Assembly: GCA_963676845.2 (NCBI GenBank)
Contig: CAXXKK010000028.1
Location: forward strand, 5,881 to 69,880
Direction of reading: 5' to 3'
DNA from: Prolixibacteraceae bacterium
GTDB taxonomy: Bacteria; Bacteroidota; Bacteroidia; Bacteroidales; Prolixibacteraceae
DNA: 64,000 nucleotides
Made by a program: the position numbers and the translations under genes. Position 1 is the first letter of the stretch. Each line of letters starts with the position of its first letter. The notes beneath the pieces are model-generated. The model searched no databases, was not told where the DNA came from, and saw only the letters and a list, made by a program, of their open reading frames with translations. Shown in pieces: positions 10,304-20,704 of the stretch.

Positions 10304-10311
10304 TAACTTTG
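10304..10311 (+). promoter_or_regulatory. Candidate Bacteroidota -7 promoter box TAACTTTG
   Basis: Exact match to TAnnTTTG, 18 nt upstream of the ATG at 10329. Would drive the small ORF plus the hem operon. Confidence 0.35.
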
Positions 10312-10328
10312 CCTAAAATTATTCTTTT

Positions 10329-10682
10329 ATGTTTTTCTTAGGATATTTTAGTTTTTTCTTCCCATTTCTCCTTTTAATAGGAATCATTCTGATTTTTGCT
10401 TTTGAAGCAAAAAGTGGAGTTATGGAATATAAAGATTTATGTCTTGCAGAAAACAATGTTATCGTTCAGAATATTGACGTATTAACAAAAAAGGATGATT
10501 GTTTCAGATTTGAAAAATTCAGTGTTGTGTGGGCTGAAAAGATTACCATTCCTTTTTACCATTATTTTTTCGGCATTAAGCATCCTAAGCCAATTGTAAT
10601 TCCTTATTTTTCGTCAAGTTTATATTCATCAGATTATCATGTGAAATTTTTCGGACTTTCGCCACCACAAATGGTTGATTAA
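10329..10682 (+). CDS. Hypothetical small membrane protein
   Basis: 117-aa ORF with one N-terminal TM and no recognisable family. Sits between a candidate promoter and hemA. Confidence 0.35.
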   Translation: MFFLGYFSFFFPFLLLIGIILIFAFEAKSGVMEYKDLCLAENNVIVQNIDVLTKKDDCFRFEKFSVVWAEKITIPFYHYFFGIKHPKPIVIPYFSSSLYSSDYHVKFFGLSPPQMVD

Positions 10683-10719
10683 TTAACAATTATCCGAAGT
10701 TTTATTATAAAAATCCATC

Positions 10720-11976
10720 ATGATTGGAATACTTGGTTTAAGCCATAAATCTGCATCACTACATATTCGAGAAAAATTTGCACTGGATCAGGAAGAATGC
10801 AAACAGATTTCAAAATCACTAATATTGAAAGAGCATATTGAAGAAGTTGTTATTCTTTCTACCTGTAATCGAACTGAAGTTTATTTCAAAGCCAATAAAT
10901 GTTGTCCTGAAAATGCTTTTAATACAATTTCAAAGGAATTAAGGAAACATGCCAAGGTCGGAGAAGAGGCTGAGAAGCATTTTTACACCCATCAATTTGA
11001 TGATGCTATCCTGCATTTGTTTCGTGTTGTTTCAAGCCTGGAATCAATGGTTCTCGGAGAATATCAAATTGTTTCACAGATCAAGGAAGCTTTTAGTAAT
11101 TCTACAAAAAACAGAACTGTAGGTAAAGTTCTTAAAAGACTTTTTAATAAGGCTTTAGAGACAGGGAAAACTGTGCGCACCAATACCGAGATGAGCACAG
11201 GTGCATTTTCTGTGAGTTACGCTGCAGTTGAAAAATGCAATGAGCTGTTTGGAGATATTCAAAATAAAAAAATATTGCTCATTGGTGCTGGTGAAACAGG
11301 TGAACTTGTGGTGAAAAACTTTTATAAAAAGGGTTGCTCAAACATAACTGTTACAAACCGAACCATAAAAAAAGCAGAAGAACTGGCCAGGCATTATAAG
11401 GGCAAAGCACTTCCCTACTCTGATGTAGTTACAGGCATTCGGGAGGCAGAAATAATTGTAAGTTCGGTTTCCAGTAAAAAGCCTATTCTTAATGCAGAAC
11501 TTATTGCTCCTGCAATAATTGAGCAATCACAAAAAGTAATGATTGACCTTGGTGTTCCGCGAAATATTGATAATGATATAGCTTCTCTCACAGGTGTTTC
11601 ATTAATTAATATTGATGATCTAAAAGAAGTTGTGCAAAATAACCTGGATAAGAAACAAGCTTATGTTTCTGTTGCTGAAAAGATTATTGCAGAAAAGGTT
11701 ACTGATTTCACCAACTGGTTAAGCACGCAGAATTTATCTCCGGCCATTCAAAATGTAATTAAAATTGTCAATCAGGTAAACGACAACGAACTGGCTGTAT
11801 TTAAAAAATTCCATACGGATGATGAATTCAAACAAATGGAAAAATACGGCAAACATGTTTCGGAGAAGCTAATCAATACAATTATTAAGAACCTGAAAGA
11901 AATTAGCGACAATGGCCGCGAAACTGAATACGTAAAAGTCATTAATGACCTTTTTACTCCTATCCATGAAGAATAA
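10720..11976 (+). CDS. hemA: Glutamyl-tRNA reductase
   Basis: Contains STCNRTEVYF and the GAGETGE NADPH-binding fold; 418 aa; heads the hem operon. Confidence 0.9.
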   Translation: MIGILGLSHKSASLHIREKFALDQEECKQISKSLILKEHIEEVVILSTCNRTEVYFKANKCCPENAFNTISKELRKHAKVGEEAEKHFYTHQFDDAILHLFRVVSSLESMVLGEYQIVSQIKEAFSNSTKNRTVGKVLKRLFNKALETGKTVRTNTEMSTGAFSVSYAAVEKCNELFGDIQNKKILLIGAGETGELVVKNFYKKGCSNITVTNRTIKKAEELARHYKGKALPYSDVVTGIREAEIIVSSVSSKKPILNAELIAPAIIEQSQKVMIDLGVPRNIDNDIASLTGVSLINIDDLKEVVQNNLDKKQAYVSVAEKIIAEKVTDFTNWLSTQNLSPAIQNVIKIVNQVNDNELAVFKKFHTDDEFKQMEKYGKHVSEKLINTIIKNLKEISDNGRETEYVKVINDLFTPIHEE

Positions 11977-12898
11977 TACGATTAAAATAGGCACAAGGGG
12001 CAGCAAACTTGCCCTATGGCAAGCCACGCAAGTAAAAGCAGCACTAGAAAAAGCTTTTCCTGAACTTCAGGTTGAAATAAATATCATCAAAACAAAGGGT
12101 GATAAGATTTTGGATGTATCGCTTTCCAAAATTGGGGATAAAGGGCTTTTCACCAAAGAAATAGAAACGGCATTGCTTAATGGTGATGTGGATTTAGCAG
12201 TTCACAGTTTGAAAGATTTACCAACAGAACTACCTGAAAAACTTATTCTAGGAGGCATGCTTCCAAGAGGAGAAGTTCGGGATGTTCTTCTTTCCAAAGA
12301 AGGAAAGACATTGGCTGAAATGACCTCAAAAGATCGCATCGCAACATCCAGTTTACGTAGAAAAGCACAGCTTTTAAACTTTAATCCCGATTTAACGATT
12401 GTTGATATTCGTGGAAATGTTGATTCACGCATCAAAAAGATGCAGGAAGGACATTGTGATGCGCTGATTATGGCTGGAGCAGGAATTATTCGCTTAGGCT
12501 ATGATAATCTAATTACCGAATTTCTTGATCCTGAAAATATCCTTCCTGCAGTAAGCCAGGGTGCTGTTGCCATTGAGATTCGTGAAGATGACGAAGCGGT
12601 ACAAAACATCATTGATGCCATATCGGATGAAACAACATGGCAGGCTACAATGGCCGAACGCTGGCTTCTTCGCACCTTAGAAGGTGGTTGCCAGGTACCG
12701 GTTGGCTGCTATACCGAAATGGGTGATCAATCCATCAAGATAACCGGAATTGTTGCTGGTGTTGATGGAAAGACAATGATTAAAAAATCAGTTGAATGCC
12801 CAACGGAAGAAGCATCTGAAAAAGCCATCGAGCTTGCTCAGTCTATTCTGGATGATGGTGGTAAAGAAATACTCGATCAAATTAGAAAAACAGATTAA
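11966..12898 (+). CDS. hemC: Hydroxymethylbilane synthase (porphobilinogen deaminase)
   Basis: IKIGTRGSKLALWQA is present. The ORF track starts at 11945, but the ATG at 11966 (MKNNTIKIGTRGS) fits the family N-terminus and overlaps the hemA stop. Confidence 0.9.
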   Translation: MKNNTIKIGTRGSKLALWQATQVKAALEKAFPELQVEINIIKTKGDKILDVSLSKIGDKGLFTKEIETALLNGDVDLAVHSLKDLPTELPEKLILGGMLPRGEVRDVLLSKEGKTLAEMTSKDRIATSSLRRKAQLLNFNPDLTIVDIRGNVDSRIKKMQEGHCDALIMAGAGIIRLGYDNLITEFLDPENILPAVSQGAVAIEIREDDEAVQNIIDAISDETTWQATMAERWLLRTLEGGCQVPVGCYTEMGDQSIKITGIVAGVDGKTMIKKSVECPTEEASEKAIELAQSILDDGGKEILDQIRKTD

Positions 12899-13654
12899 AT
12901 GCAGTCTGAAGGAGATCATATATTCCTAAAGGGCAAAACAATCATCAGTACTTATCCGAAGAAAATACCCGACGTACTGGCTGATTCATTGGAATCACTT
13001 GGCGCAAAGGTTTTAAGCCTGCCAATGATTCAAATCTCCCCTATTCCTTTTAGTCTTGAAAAGAATATAGAACAGTATAACTGGATTGTTTTTACAAGCA
13101 AAAATGCTATCCCTCCTTTCTTTAAAAAGATTCAGCTTTCAAATCAGAATAAGATCGCTGTAATTGGAAAAGGAACAGCAGATGAGCTTTCAAAACATGA
13201 ATATCAGGCCAGCTTTATTGGAAGTGGCAAATCAGGTGAAGACTTTGCAGAAGAGTTAGTTCAGCTTGTTCCTGAAGGAGAATCAATTCTTCTCGTTTTG
13301 GGACAGCTTGCACCAAATACCATTCAGCAAAAATTATCCTCTAAAAATAGCGTTGATCGTATCGATGTATATAATACTGAAATGCCTGATTCCATTCAAT
13401 CAGAACATCTTCAGCGAATTGAAAAAGATGATTACGATTTGATTATCGTGAGCAGTCCTTCAGCAATTATTAACTTGAGCTCTGCTTTAAAGAACGGAGT
13501 TAAAGAACTGCGTTTAATAAGCATTGGAAAAACAACTTCTGCAGCAATCCGGAAATTGGGAATTGAACCCCTTGCTGAAGCCAAGGAATCAAGTTACCAG
13601 GGATTGGCAGATATAACAATTGAATATTTAAAGAACCAAAATACAAGACGATGA
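12899..13654 (+). CDS. hemD: Uroporphyrinogen-III synthase
   Basis: 251 aa with the HemD two-lobe pattern. Its position between hemC and hemB supports the call, and its start abuts the hemC stop (TAAATG). Confidence 0.75.
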   Translation: MQSEGDHIFLKGKTIISTYPKKIPDVLADSLESLGAKVLSLPMIQISPIPFSLEKNIEQYNWIVFTSKNAIPPFFKKIQLSNQNKIAVIGKGTADELSKHEYQASFIGSGKSGEDFAEELVQLVPEGESILLVLGQLAPNTIQQKLSSKNSVDRIDVYNTEMPDSIQSEHLQRIEKDDYDLIIVSSPSAIINLSSALKNGVKELRLISIGKTTSAAIRKLGIEPLAEAKESSYQGLADITIEYLKNQNTRR

Positions 13655-14643
13655 GCTATCCTGTCACAAGACTAAGAAGGCTAAGAAAGTCGGCCACAAT
13701 ACGCAATATGGTGCGGGAAACAGAAGTAAACAGGGATGATTTGATTATGCCCTACTTTGTTTGCCCCGGAGAAAAGGTCAAAAAACCAATCTCTTCCATG
13801 CCCGGAAATTATAATTTTTCAATTGACCTTTTGGTTGAAGAAGTGAAAGATTTGTTTACTCAAACAGGAATAGACAAAATATTACTGTTTGGAATTCCTG
13901 AGGAAAAGGACGAACATGGGCATGTCGCATGTTCTCATGATGCCATTGTGCCACGGGCTATTCGCGCGCTAAAAGAAGCAATCTCTGAAGTACTAATTGT
14001 TGCTGACGTTTGCAATTGTGAGTATACAACTCATGGGCATTGCGGTACAATCATAGACGGTGATGTTGATAATGACAGCACCTTACATACTTTGTCTGCC
14101 CAATCGATAACACTAGCTAAAGCTGGTGCAGATATTATTGCCCCCAGTGATATGATGGATGGCCGTGTGGGTGCAATCCGAAAAGCACTCGATGATAATG
14201 GATTCCAAAATACGCCTATAATGGCTTATTCTGCTAAATATGCTTCCGGCTTTTACGGGCCATTCCGTGAGGCTGCAGACAGTGCTCCTCAATTTGGAGA
14301 CCGCAATACCTACCAGATGGATCCGGCAAATTCAGATGAAGCCCTTCGTGAGGTAGAACAAGACATTATTGAAGGAGCAGACATGGTTATGGTGAAGCCT
14401 GCGTTGAGTTATATGGATGTGATAAGCAGAATCAAATCAACCTTCAACCTACCCTTAGTTGCTTACAATGTAAGTGGAGAATTTTCCATGGTGAAAGCTG
14501 CCGGAGAAAAAGGATGGATTGATGAAGAACGATTAATCAAAGAGATTTTAACTTCGCTAAAACGTGCAGGCGCTGATATCATTATCAGCTATCATTCCAA
14601 AGAATTTGTATTAAACGAATTGAAAAAAGGAAACCGAGTATAA
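13651..14643 (+). CDS. hemB: Porphobilinogen synthase (ALA dehydratase), Cys-rich zinc-site type
   Basis: DVCNCEYTTHGHCG metal site and the active-site Lys region MVKPAL. ATGA overlap with hemD. Confidence 0.9.
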   Translation: MSYPVTRLRRLRKSATIRNMVRETEVNRDDLIMPYFVCPGEKVKKPISSMPGNYNFSIDLLVEEVKDLFTQTGIDKILLFGIPEEKDEHGHVACSHDAIVPRAIRALKEAISEVLIVADVCNCEYTTHGHCGTIIDGDVDNDSTLHTLSAQSITLAKAGADIIAPSDMMDGRVGAIRKALDDNGFQNTPIMAYSAKYASGFYGPFREAADSAPQFGDRNTYQMDPANSDEALREVEQDIIEGADMVMVKPALSYMDVISRIKSTFNLPLVAYNVSGEFSMVKAAGEKGWIDEERLIKEILTSLKRAGADIIISYHSKEFVLNELKKGNRV

Positions 14644-14665
14644 ACCAACAGAAAAATAGTTAACA

Positions 14666-15955
14666 ATGACATACAACAATAGCATAAAAGCCTTCGAAAA
14701 AGCACAACAACTAATACCTGGTGGGGTAAATTCTCCGGTTCGTGCCTTTAAAAGTGTAGATGCAGATCCTGTTTTTATTCAAAAAGCAAAGGGATCAAAA
14801 ATCTGGGATATTGACGGAAATGAATACATCGATTTTGTTTCATCCTGGGGACCACTTATTTTAGGTCATGCCCGTGACGAAATTGTAAGTGCAATTAAAG
14901 ATGCAGCTGAGCTGGGAACAAGCTACGGTGCCCCTACCCTGATTGAAAATGAAATGGCCGAGCTAATCACCTCAATGGTTCCATCGGTTGATAAAGTCCG
15001 TATGGTTAATTCAGGTACAGAAGCCACGATGAGTGCTCTTCGTTTAGCGAGAGGCTATACTGGCCGTGACTTGGTTGTGAAATTTGCAGGCTGCTTTCAT
15101 GGTCATGCAGACAGCTTCCTGATTAAAGCCGGCTCTGGGGCTATTACGCTTGGATTGCCAGACAGTCCGGGAGTTACAAAGGCAACTGCGAAAGATACCT
15201 TGATTGCCGAATACAACGATTTAGAATCGGTTGAAAAACTATTCAAGGAACATGGAGAAGATATTGCTGCTGTAATTCTTGAGCCTATTCCCGGAAACAT
15301 GGGTGTTGTTTTACCGGAAGAAGGATTTCTTCAGGGAGTAAGAGACATCACCACTAAATATGGTTCGTTATTGATTTTTGATGAAGTGATCAGCGGATTT
15401 CGTGTTTCTACAGGTGGTGCCCAAAAGATATTTAATGTAAGTCCGGATATTACCACATTGGGTAAAATTATTGGTGGCGGACTTCCTGTTGGTGCTTATG
15501 GAGGCCGAGAGGAAATCATGAACAAACTGGCGCCTGAAGGCCCTATTTATCAGGCCGGAACTTTGTCTGGTAATCCTTTGGCGATGGCTGCAGGGACAGC
15601 AATGCTAAAAACATTAAACGAAAATCCTTCAATTTATACTGAGCTTGAACGCAAAGCTGCCAAACTGGAAGCTGGATTAAGGAATAATCTTTTAGAAACC
15701 GGAGTTCCCGGGGTTATCAATCGAATCGGTTCTATGATGACTTTGTTCTTCACTGAAGTTGAAAAAGTAAATTCATTTCAAGAGTCAATGCAGTCTGACA
15801 CATCAAAATACGCAGCCTATTTTAAAAAATCGTTGGATAGCGGTATTTATATTGCTCCATCGCAGTTTGAGTGTCTGTTTGTTTCTGATGCACATTCTGA
15901 TGCCGATATTGATCAGATTATTGAAGCAAATCGAAAAGCTCTAAAAAGTTTATAA
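14666..15955 (+). CDS. hemL: Glutamate-1-semialdehyde 2,1-aminomutase
   Basis: [36 protein letters not shown]. Confidence 0.92.
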   Translation: MTYNNSIKAFEKAQQLIPGGVNSPVRAFKSVDADPVFIQKAKGSKIWDIDGNEYIDFVSSWGPLILGHARDEIVSAIKDAAELGTSYGAPTLIENEMAELITSMVPSVDKVRMVNSGTEATMSALRLARGYTGRDLVVKFAGCFHGHADSFLIKAGSGAITLGLPDSPGVTKATAKDTLIAEYNDLESVEKLFKEHGEDIAAVILEPIPGNMGVVLPEEGFLQGVRDITTKYGSLLIFDEVISGFRVSTGGAQKIFNVSPDITTLGKIIGGGLPVGAYGGREEIMNKLAPEGPIYQAGTLSGNPLAMAAGTAMLKTLNENPSIYTELERKAAKLEAGLRNNLLETGVPGVINRIGSMMTLFFTEVEKVNSFQESMQSDTSKYAAYFKKSLDSGIYIAPSQFECLFVSDAHSDADIDQIIEANRKALKSL

Positions 15956-15976
15956 AACGGATTAATCAATTTTAAA

Positions 15977-17008
15977 ATGAAGGATTCTATCTTCCTAAAA
16001 ACGTTAAGAGGAGAAAAGACTGAGCGACCTCCTGTTTGGTTTATGCGTCAGGCTGGCCGTGTATTGCCCAATTACAACAAGTTGAAGGAAAAGTACACTT
16101 TTCATGAGTTGATGGAAGATCCACAACTGGCAGCGAAAGTAACGCTTATGCCCATTCAGGATTTAGGTGTTGATGCAGCCATCCTTTTCTCTGATATTCT
16201 GGTGATTCCGAATGCCATGGGTATGGAACTGGAATTTACCGATCATGGGCCGGTTTTTAATAAACCGCTGAAAGGACTTTCCAATCCGGTTGAGCATTTA
16301 AAACCCGCACCTGAGAAACTAGAATATATATACAGGAATATTGATGAAATCATCAAGCAACGTCCTGATAATATTCCTCTTATCGGATTTTGTGGTGCTC
16401 CATTAACCACACTTTGCTATATGATTCAGGGAATTAGCAAGAACCCTAATTTTCCTGATGCGGTTAAGTTTTTATTTCAACACAAACAAGAAGCACTACA
16501 ATTAATTGATGCCGTAGCTGATCTTTCAGTGCACTATACGCAGATGCAAATTGAGCATGGAGTTGATGCGTTTCAATTGTTTGAAACCCATGCCAATCTG
16601 ATTCCATCTGAAATGTATATGGAAATGTTTATGCCGGCCATTCAAAAAATCAGTAAGGCTGTTAGAGAAACCGGAACTCCGTTCATCTTTTTCCCAAAAG
16701 GATTAGGGACAGGTTTGGGCTATATAACGCCGGAAATGGCTGACTTTGTAAGTATTGACTGGCAAATGCCTATCGAGCATGCCAGGGAGCTTGTTCATCC
16801 CGAAATTGGGCTTCAAGGCAATTTGGATCCTCGAAAGCTTTATGCTTCACAGGATGAAATTGCTGCTGAATTGGAAAAATTCAAGCCCTTTTTCAAAAAG
16901 AATGAAAAATGGATTTTCAACCTAGGACATGGTTTTTTGCCGGATATCCCTTATGAAAATGCCAAATTTGTGGCAGACTGGATAAAAAATACCGACTGGG
17001 ATTCATGA
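15977..17008 (+). CDS. hemE: Uroporphyrinogen decarboxylase
   Basis: PPVWFMRQAGR signature near the N-terminus; 343 aa. Confidence 0.9.
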   Translation: MKDSIFLKTLRGEKTERPPVWFMRQAGRVLPNYNKLKEKYTFHELMEDPQLAAKVTLMPIQDLGVDAAILFSDILVIPNAMGMELEFTDHGPVFNKPLKGLSNPVEHLKPAPEKLEYIYRNIDEIIKQRPDNIPLIGFCGAPLTTLCYMIQGISKNPNFPDAVKFLFQHKQEALQLIDAVADLSVHYTQMQIEHGVDAFQLFETHANLIPSEMYMEMFMPAIQKISKAVRETGTPFIFFPKGLGTGLGYITPEMADFVSIDWQMPIEHARELVHPEIGLQGNLDPRKLYASQDEIAAELEKFKPFFKKNEKWIFNLGHGFLPDIPYENAKFVADWIKNTDWDS

Positions 17009-17056
17009 AATTCCTGAAAATATTATCTTCGCACCCGAATAAAAAGTGAAACAAGT

Positions 17057-17473
17057 ATGTTGAAAGATATTTTAGCAATTTCCGGTCAACCCGGATTATT
17101 CAAATTAATTGCAGAAGCAAAGAACAGTATTATTGTAGAGTCTCTTTTAAATGGTAAAAGAATGCCCGTTTACTCTCATTCTAAAGTGAGTACTCTTGAA
17201 GATATTGCCATTTTTACAGAAACTGCCGAAGCTCCTTTAAAAGAAGTTTTCCAGAAAATTTACGATAATGAATCGGGATCTGAAGTGAGCAAAGAAGCAC
17301 TTAAAGATTTAAAAGGTTACTTTGCTACAGTATTACCGGAATACGATCGTGATCGTGTGTATACTTCTGATATGAAGAAAGTTGTGCAATGGTACAATCT
17401 ACTTCTTCAAAAAGAAATGCTAAATTTTGAAGAAGAAGAAGAAAGTGAAGCTGAAGAAAAAACAGAAGAGTAG
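17057..17473 (+). CDS. DUF5606-like conserved Bacteroidota protein with acidic tail
   Basis: N-terminus MLKDILAISGQPGLFKLI and C-terminal EEEEESEAEEKTEE. Family assignment is from memory. Confidence 0.5.
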   Translation: MLKDILAISGQPGLFKLIAEAKNSIIVESLLNGKRMPVYSHSKVSTLEDIAIFTETAEAPLKEVFQKIYDNESGSEVSKEALKDLKGYFATVLPEYDRDRVYTSDMKKVVQWYNLLLQKEMLNFEEEEESEAEEKTEE

Positions 17474-17493
17474 TATAAATTATACTATAGAAT

Positions 17494-17526
17494 AAATGCC
17501 GTTACTTTCGAGTTTCGGCATTTTTT
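17494..17526 (+). terminator. Rho-independent terminator of the hem operon
   Basis: aaatgccg / cggcattt 8-bp stem followed by a T-run. Confidence 0.75.
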
Positions 17527-17550
17527 GTCTCCCAAAATTAACCAAAACTC

Positions 17551-17584
17551 AAAAAAAAGGTTCGTCTGGATATCCAGACGAACC
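17551..17584 (-). terminator. Rho-independent terminator of the RRM gene
   Basis: Perfect 12-bp stem ggttcgtctgga / tccagacgaacc with a 2-nt loop, followed on the minus strand by T8. Confidence 0.8.
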
Positions 17585-17612
17585 ATATATTTCCAAATAA
17601 GTACTGTTCTTC

Positions 17613-17903
17613 CTAGTAACGGTCTCTTCTTTGAAAACGGTCATTGCGACGAGGTCTTTCTTCACGAGGTTTTGCTTCATTAACCTTCATGTTACGACCT
17701 TGTACTTCAAAACCATCAAGTCTTTCAATAGCTTCAGAACCTTCTTGATCATCAGCCATTTCAACGAAACCAAATCCTTTTGCACGACCAGTATCGCGAT
17801 CTTTGATAATTTTAACAGAAACAACTTCGCCAAATTGGCCAAATAAATCTTGAAGTTCTGCTTCTTCCAGGTTGTAGTTTAAATTCCCTACGTAAATGTT
17901 CAT
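17613..17903 (-). CDS. RRM-type RNA-binding protein
   Basis: RNP-2 IYVGNL, RNP-1 KGFGFVEM and an Arg-rich tail; 96 aa. Confidence 0.9.
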   Translation of the reverse strand: MNIYVGNLNYNLEEAELQDLFGQFGEVVSVKIIKDRDTGRAKGFGFVEMADDQEGSEAIERLDGFEVQGRNMKVNEAKPREERPRRNDRFQRRDRY

Positions 17904-18113
17904 AATAAAAAAATAAAAAATTAAAATAAATAATGCTCACAGGCATTGCCATTGAATTTAGAACCGGGAATCTTTCTTTCAAACGAATGAATCACTGCAA
18001 CCTAAAAGCTAAGGCAAACCCCAAAAACAAATAAAAAAAATTAAATAACGACCGTAAATGTGTAGAGCTATTTTAACATTAACATCTACAATTATTTACG
18101 TAATAGTTCAATA

Positions 18114-18121
18114 CAAAAATA
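18114..18121 (-). promoter_or_regulatory. Candidate -7 box TATTTTTG for the RRM gene
   Basis: The only exact TAnnTTTG match on the minus strand in the 301-bp spacer. Implies a leader of about 200 nt. Confidence 0.35.
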
Positions 18122-18204
18122 AGTATTGTTTTGATTCCGCAAATTAATTGAATGTTTTTTTAAGAATAATATTGAAAAAAAGAGCAATAAAACCTCATAA
18201 GTAG

Positions 18205-19398
18205 TTATTCAACATACAAAACCAGCCCCTTAAGGTACTCTCCTTCGGGATGATAGATGCTTACCGGATGATCTGCAGGTTGAATTAATTGATGTAAAAT
18301 TCTAACATTTCTTCCAGAAATAGCAGCAGCAGAAAAAACAGCTTCTCTAAATTTCTCTTTTGTAACTACTTGTGAACAACTAAAAGTGAAGACAATTCCA
18401 CCAGATCGTATTTGTTCAAAAGCCTTTAAATTAAGACGCTTATATGCCTGAAGAGCTTGTCTTAACGCATTTTTATGTTTTGCGAAAGCTGGAGGGTCAA
18501 GAATAATCAAATCGTACTTATCTTTAATATTCGCCATAAACTCAAAAGCATCAGTAGCAAATGCTTCATGACGTTTATCATCTTGGAAATTGAGTGAAAC
18601 ATTTCGATTTGTCAGTTCAATGGCTTTTACAGATGAATCAACAGAGTGAACAATGTTTGCTCCGCCACGCATTGCATAAAAAGAAAAACCACCACTGTAA
18701 CAAAACATATTAAGAACATCACGACCTTGAGCATATTTTTGTACCAGATACCTGTTTTCACGCTGATCAATGAAGAACCCTGTTTTTTGTCCTCCGATCC
18801 AATCAACTGCAAAGGAATTTCCATATTCCTGTACAATAGCTGATCCTTCAGAATCTCCCAACAAATATTCATTTTCCGGCTCAATATCAGCTTTATATGG
18901 AAGAGTCTTCTCACTTTTATCATAAACAGCCTGCAGCTTATCTCCAAGTATTTCTTTTAGTATTTCTGCTAGTTCATAACGAATTAAGTATAAACCTATA
19001 GAATGAGCCTGAAACACAGCCGTACCATTATAAAAATCAATGACTAAACCGGGAAGTCCATCTCCTTCACCATGTAATAAACGAAAGACTGTTGTTTCTG
19101 TACTGTCCAGAAAGCCTAAAGCACGCCGAATATTTACCGCTTTTTCAAGTTTATCCTTCCAAAAGTTGGAGTCAATTGATTCATCATCAAAAGTCAGAAT
19201 TCTAACTGCAATCGAACCTATTTGAAAATGACCTATTCCCAAAAATTCATTGCTACTGGAAACAACTCTAACAAGATCACCTTCCAGCACCTCTCCTTTA
19301 ATTTTTTTAATAGCACCCGAAAAAACCCAGGGGTGAAAACGCTTTAATGACTGTTCTTTTTTAGGTTTAAGAACAACAGTCGCTTGTATGTTTGTCAT
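18205..19398 (-). CDS. rlmI: Class I SAM-dependent 23S rRNA (cytosine-C5) methyltransferase, RlmI-like
   Basis: PUA-like N-domain, LNMFCYSGGFS SAM motif, ILDPPAFAK. Confidence 0.75.
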   Translation of the reverse strand: MTNIQATVVLKPKKEQSLKRFHPWVFSGAIKKIKGEVLEGDLVRVVSSSNEFLGIGHFQIGSIAVRILTFDDESIDSNFWKDKLEKAVNIRRALGFLDSTETTVFRLLHGEGDGLPGLVIDFYNGTAVFQAHSIGLYLIRYELAEILKEILGDKLQAVYDKSEKTLPYKADIEPENEYLLGDSEGSAIVQEYGNSFAVDWIGGQKTGFFIDQRENRYLVQKYAQGRDVLNMFCYSGGFSFYAMRGGANIVHSVDSSVKAIELTNRNVSLNFQDDKRHEAFATDAFEFMANIKDKYDLIILDPPAFAKHKNALRQALQAYKRLNLKAFEQIRSGGIVFTFSCSQVVTKEKFREAVFSAAAISGRNVRILHQLIQPADHPVSIYHPEGEYLKGLVLYVE

Positions 19399-19400
19399 GA

Positions 19401-19973
19401 TTATGCTTCAGCTAAAGAACGAAAAACAAGAAATGGAATCCATGCATCAGTTGCTGCATAGCTTTGTTGAGCTTCTGAGAGCTCAACATTTTCCCAGTTT
19501 GATAAACGCTGAGATTTAGAAATACGTACTCCTAATACAATTCCTGCAATTTTTTTCAAACTGAAATCGTGAATGCCGTATTCTTTCACTTCTTCCTGAA
19601 GTTCCACAAAACCAGCTGGAGCAAATTGATTGACACGTTGTAGGGTTTTTATATCATCACGAATTGCAACCCCGATTTTAAAGACATCGGGATCAGCTAA
19701 AATATTTTTAATTTCATTTGGTAAGCCGATCTTATTTATTCTAAAAAGATAAGCTTTGCGGTCAGTAGATAATTGCAACAAGGCTACCTTATTTATTTGA
19801 CCTCGCTTAAAAGAGGGCTTGGTTTCTGTGTCAAAACCTATAATCGATTCATTTTTAAGCTCTTCAATTGCCTGTTTATATGATTTTTCGTCATCAATCA
19901 CTGATATTTTACCATCAAATGCTTTTAATGGTAATGTATCAAGTTCTTCTTTTGTAATATTTTCCTGAAACAT
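19401..19973 (-). CDS. 3'-5' exonuclease (DnaQ/RNase D-like domain)
   Basis: IGFDTETKP (ExoI), ...LQL..., YAATDAW (ExoIII). Confidence 0.75.
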   Translation of the reverse strand: MFQENITKEELDTLPLKAFDGKISVIDDEKSYKQAIEELKNESIIGFDTETKPSFKRGQINKVALLQLSTDRKAYLFRINKIGLPNEIKNILADPDVFKIGVAIRDDIKTLQRVNQFAPAGFVELQEEVKEYGIHDFSLKKIAGIVLGVRISKSQRLSNWENVELSEAQQSYAATDAWIPFLVFRSLAEA

Positions 19974-19978
19974 CTCTG

Positions 19979-20602
19979 CTAATCTATCTTATTTTCAAAC
20001 ATATCATTCAACCAATCTGGTTTATTTCCAGAAATGGTTTCATCTTCTTCCGACTTAATTTCAAGTTTTTGATCAAAGTCAATATTGCTATAAACCAAAG
20101 CATGAATTGCACGAAGGCTATTTACCAATTTTTGCCCCCAATAGTTCTTGAAATTTTCAATGCACTCCCATAGAGCTTCCTGCATAATCTCATCATCTCC
20201 AATCCGGTAAGAAAGGATAAAATCCTTCAGATCCTGATAGATATCAGCCAGGTTTTCTGAAATACTTGAAGTCATGGGACCATCACTCAATTGCATTTCT
20301 TCCATAAAAACTTCTTGAAAATCATCATGTTCCCCCATTAGATTCATAATTCTTTGTAATAAAAAATTATAATCAACCTCAGAAACAAACTTCTCAAGCA
20401 TCAATTCTTCGGTACTACCAAATTCAGGTAAAACACTAGCTTTCAAGTATAAAAGAGGTAAAATCTTTTGAGATTTACTTAAAAATGTTCTGGCATCCTC
20501 ACTCCCTGCGTTCTCAATAAATGAGCAGAACTCATTCGCTACAGTTACAAACTCAATGGTATTTTTTGAGTATACAATTGGATTCAAATTTTCTTCAGTC
20601 AT
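19979..20602 (-). CDS. DUF5063-like conserved protein
   Basis: 207 aa, acidic. The linkage to a 3'-5' exonuclease and an rRNA methyltransferase is as recalled for Bacteroidales genomes. Confidence 0.45.
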   Translation of the reverse strand: MTEENLNPIVYSKNTIEFVTVANEFCSFIENAGSEDARTFLSKSQKILPLLYLKASVLPEFGSTEELMLEKFVSEVDYNFLLQRIMNLMGEHDDFQEVFMEEMQLSDGPMTSSISENLADIYQDLKDFILSYRIGDDEIMQEALWECIENFKNYWGQKLVNSLRAIHALVYSNIDFDQKLEIKSEEDETISGNKPDWLNDMFENKID

Positions 20603-20704
20603 ACGGAAAAATTAACAGCACAAAAGTAATAAGTTTTTTTTAGGATGAATAATCACTCCGCCTACAGTCCTCCAAACTTTAAGTTATTCCCTAATTCGAT
20701 GGAA

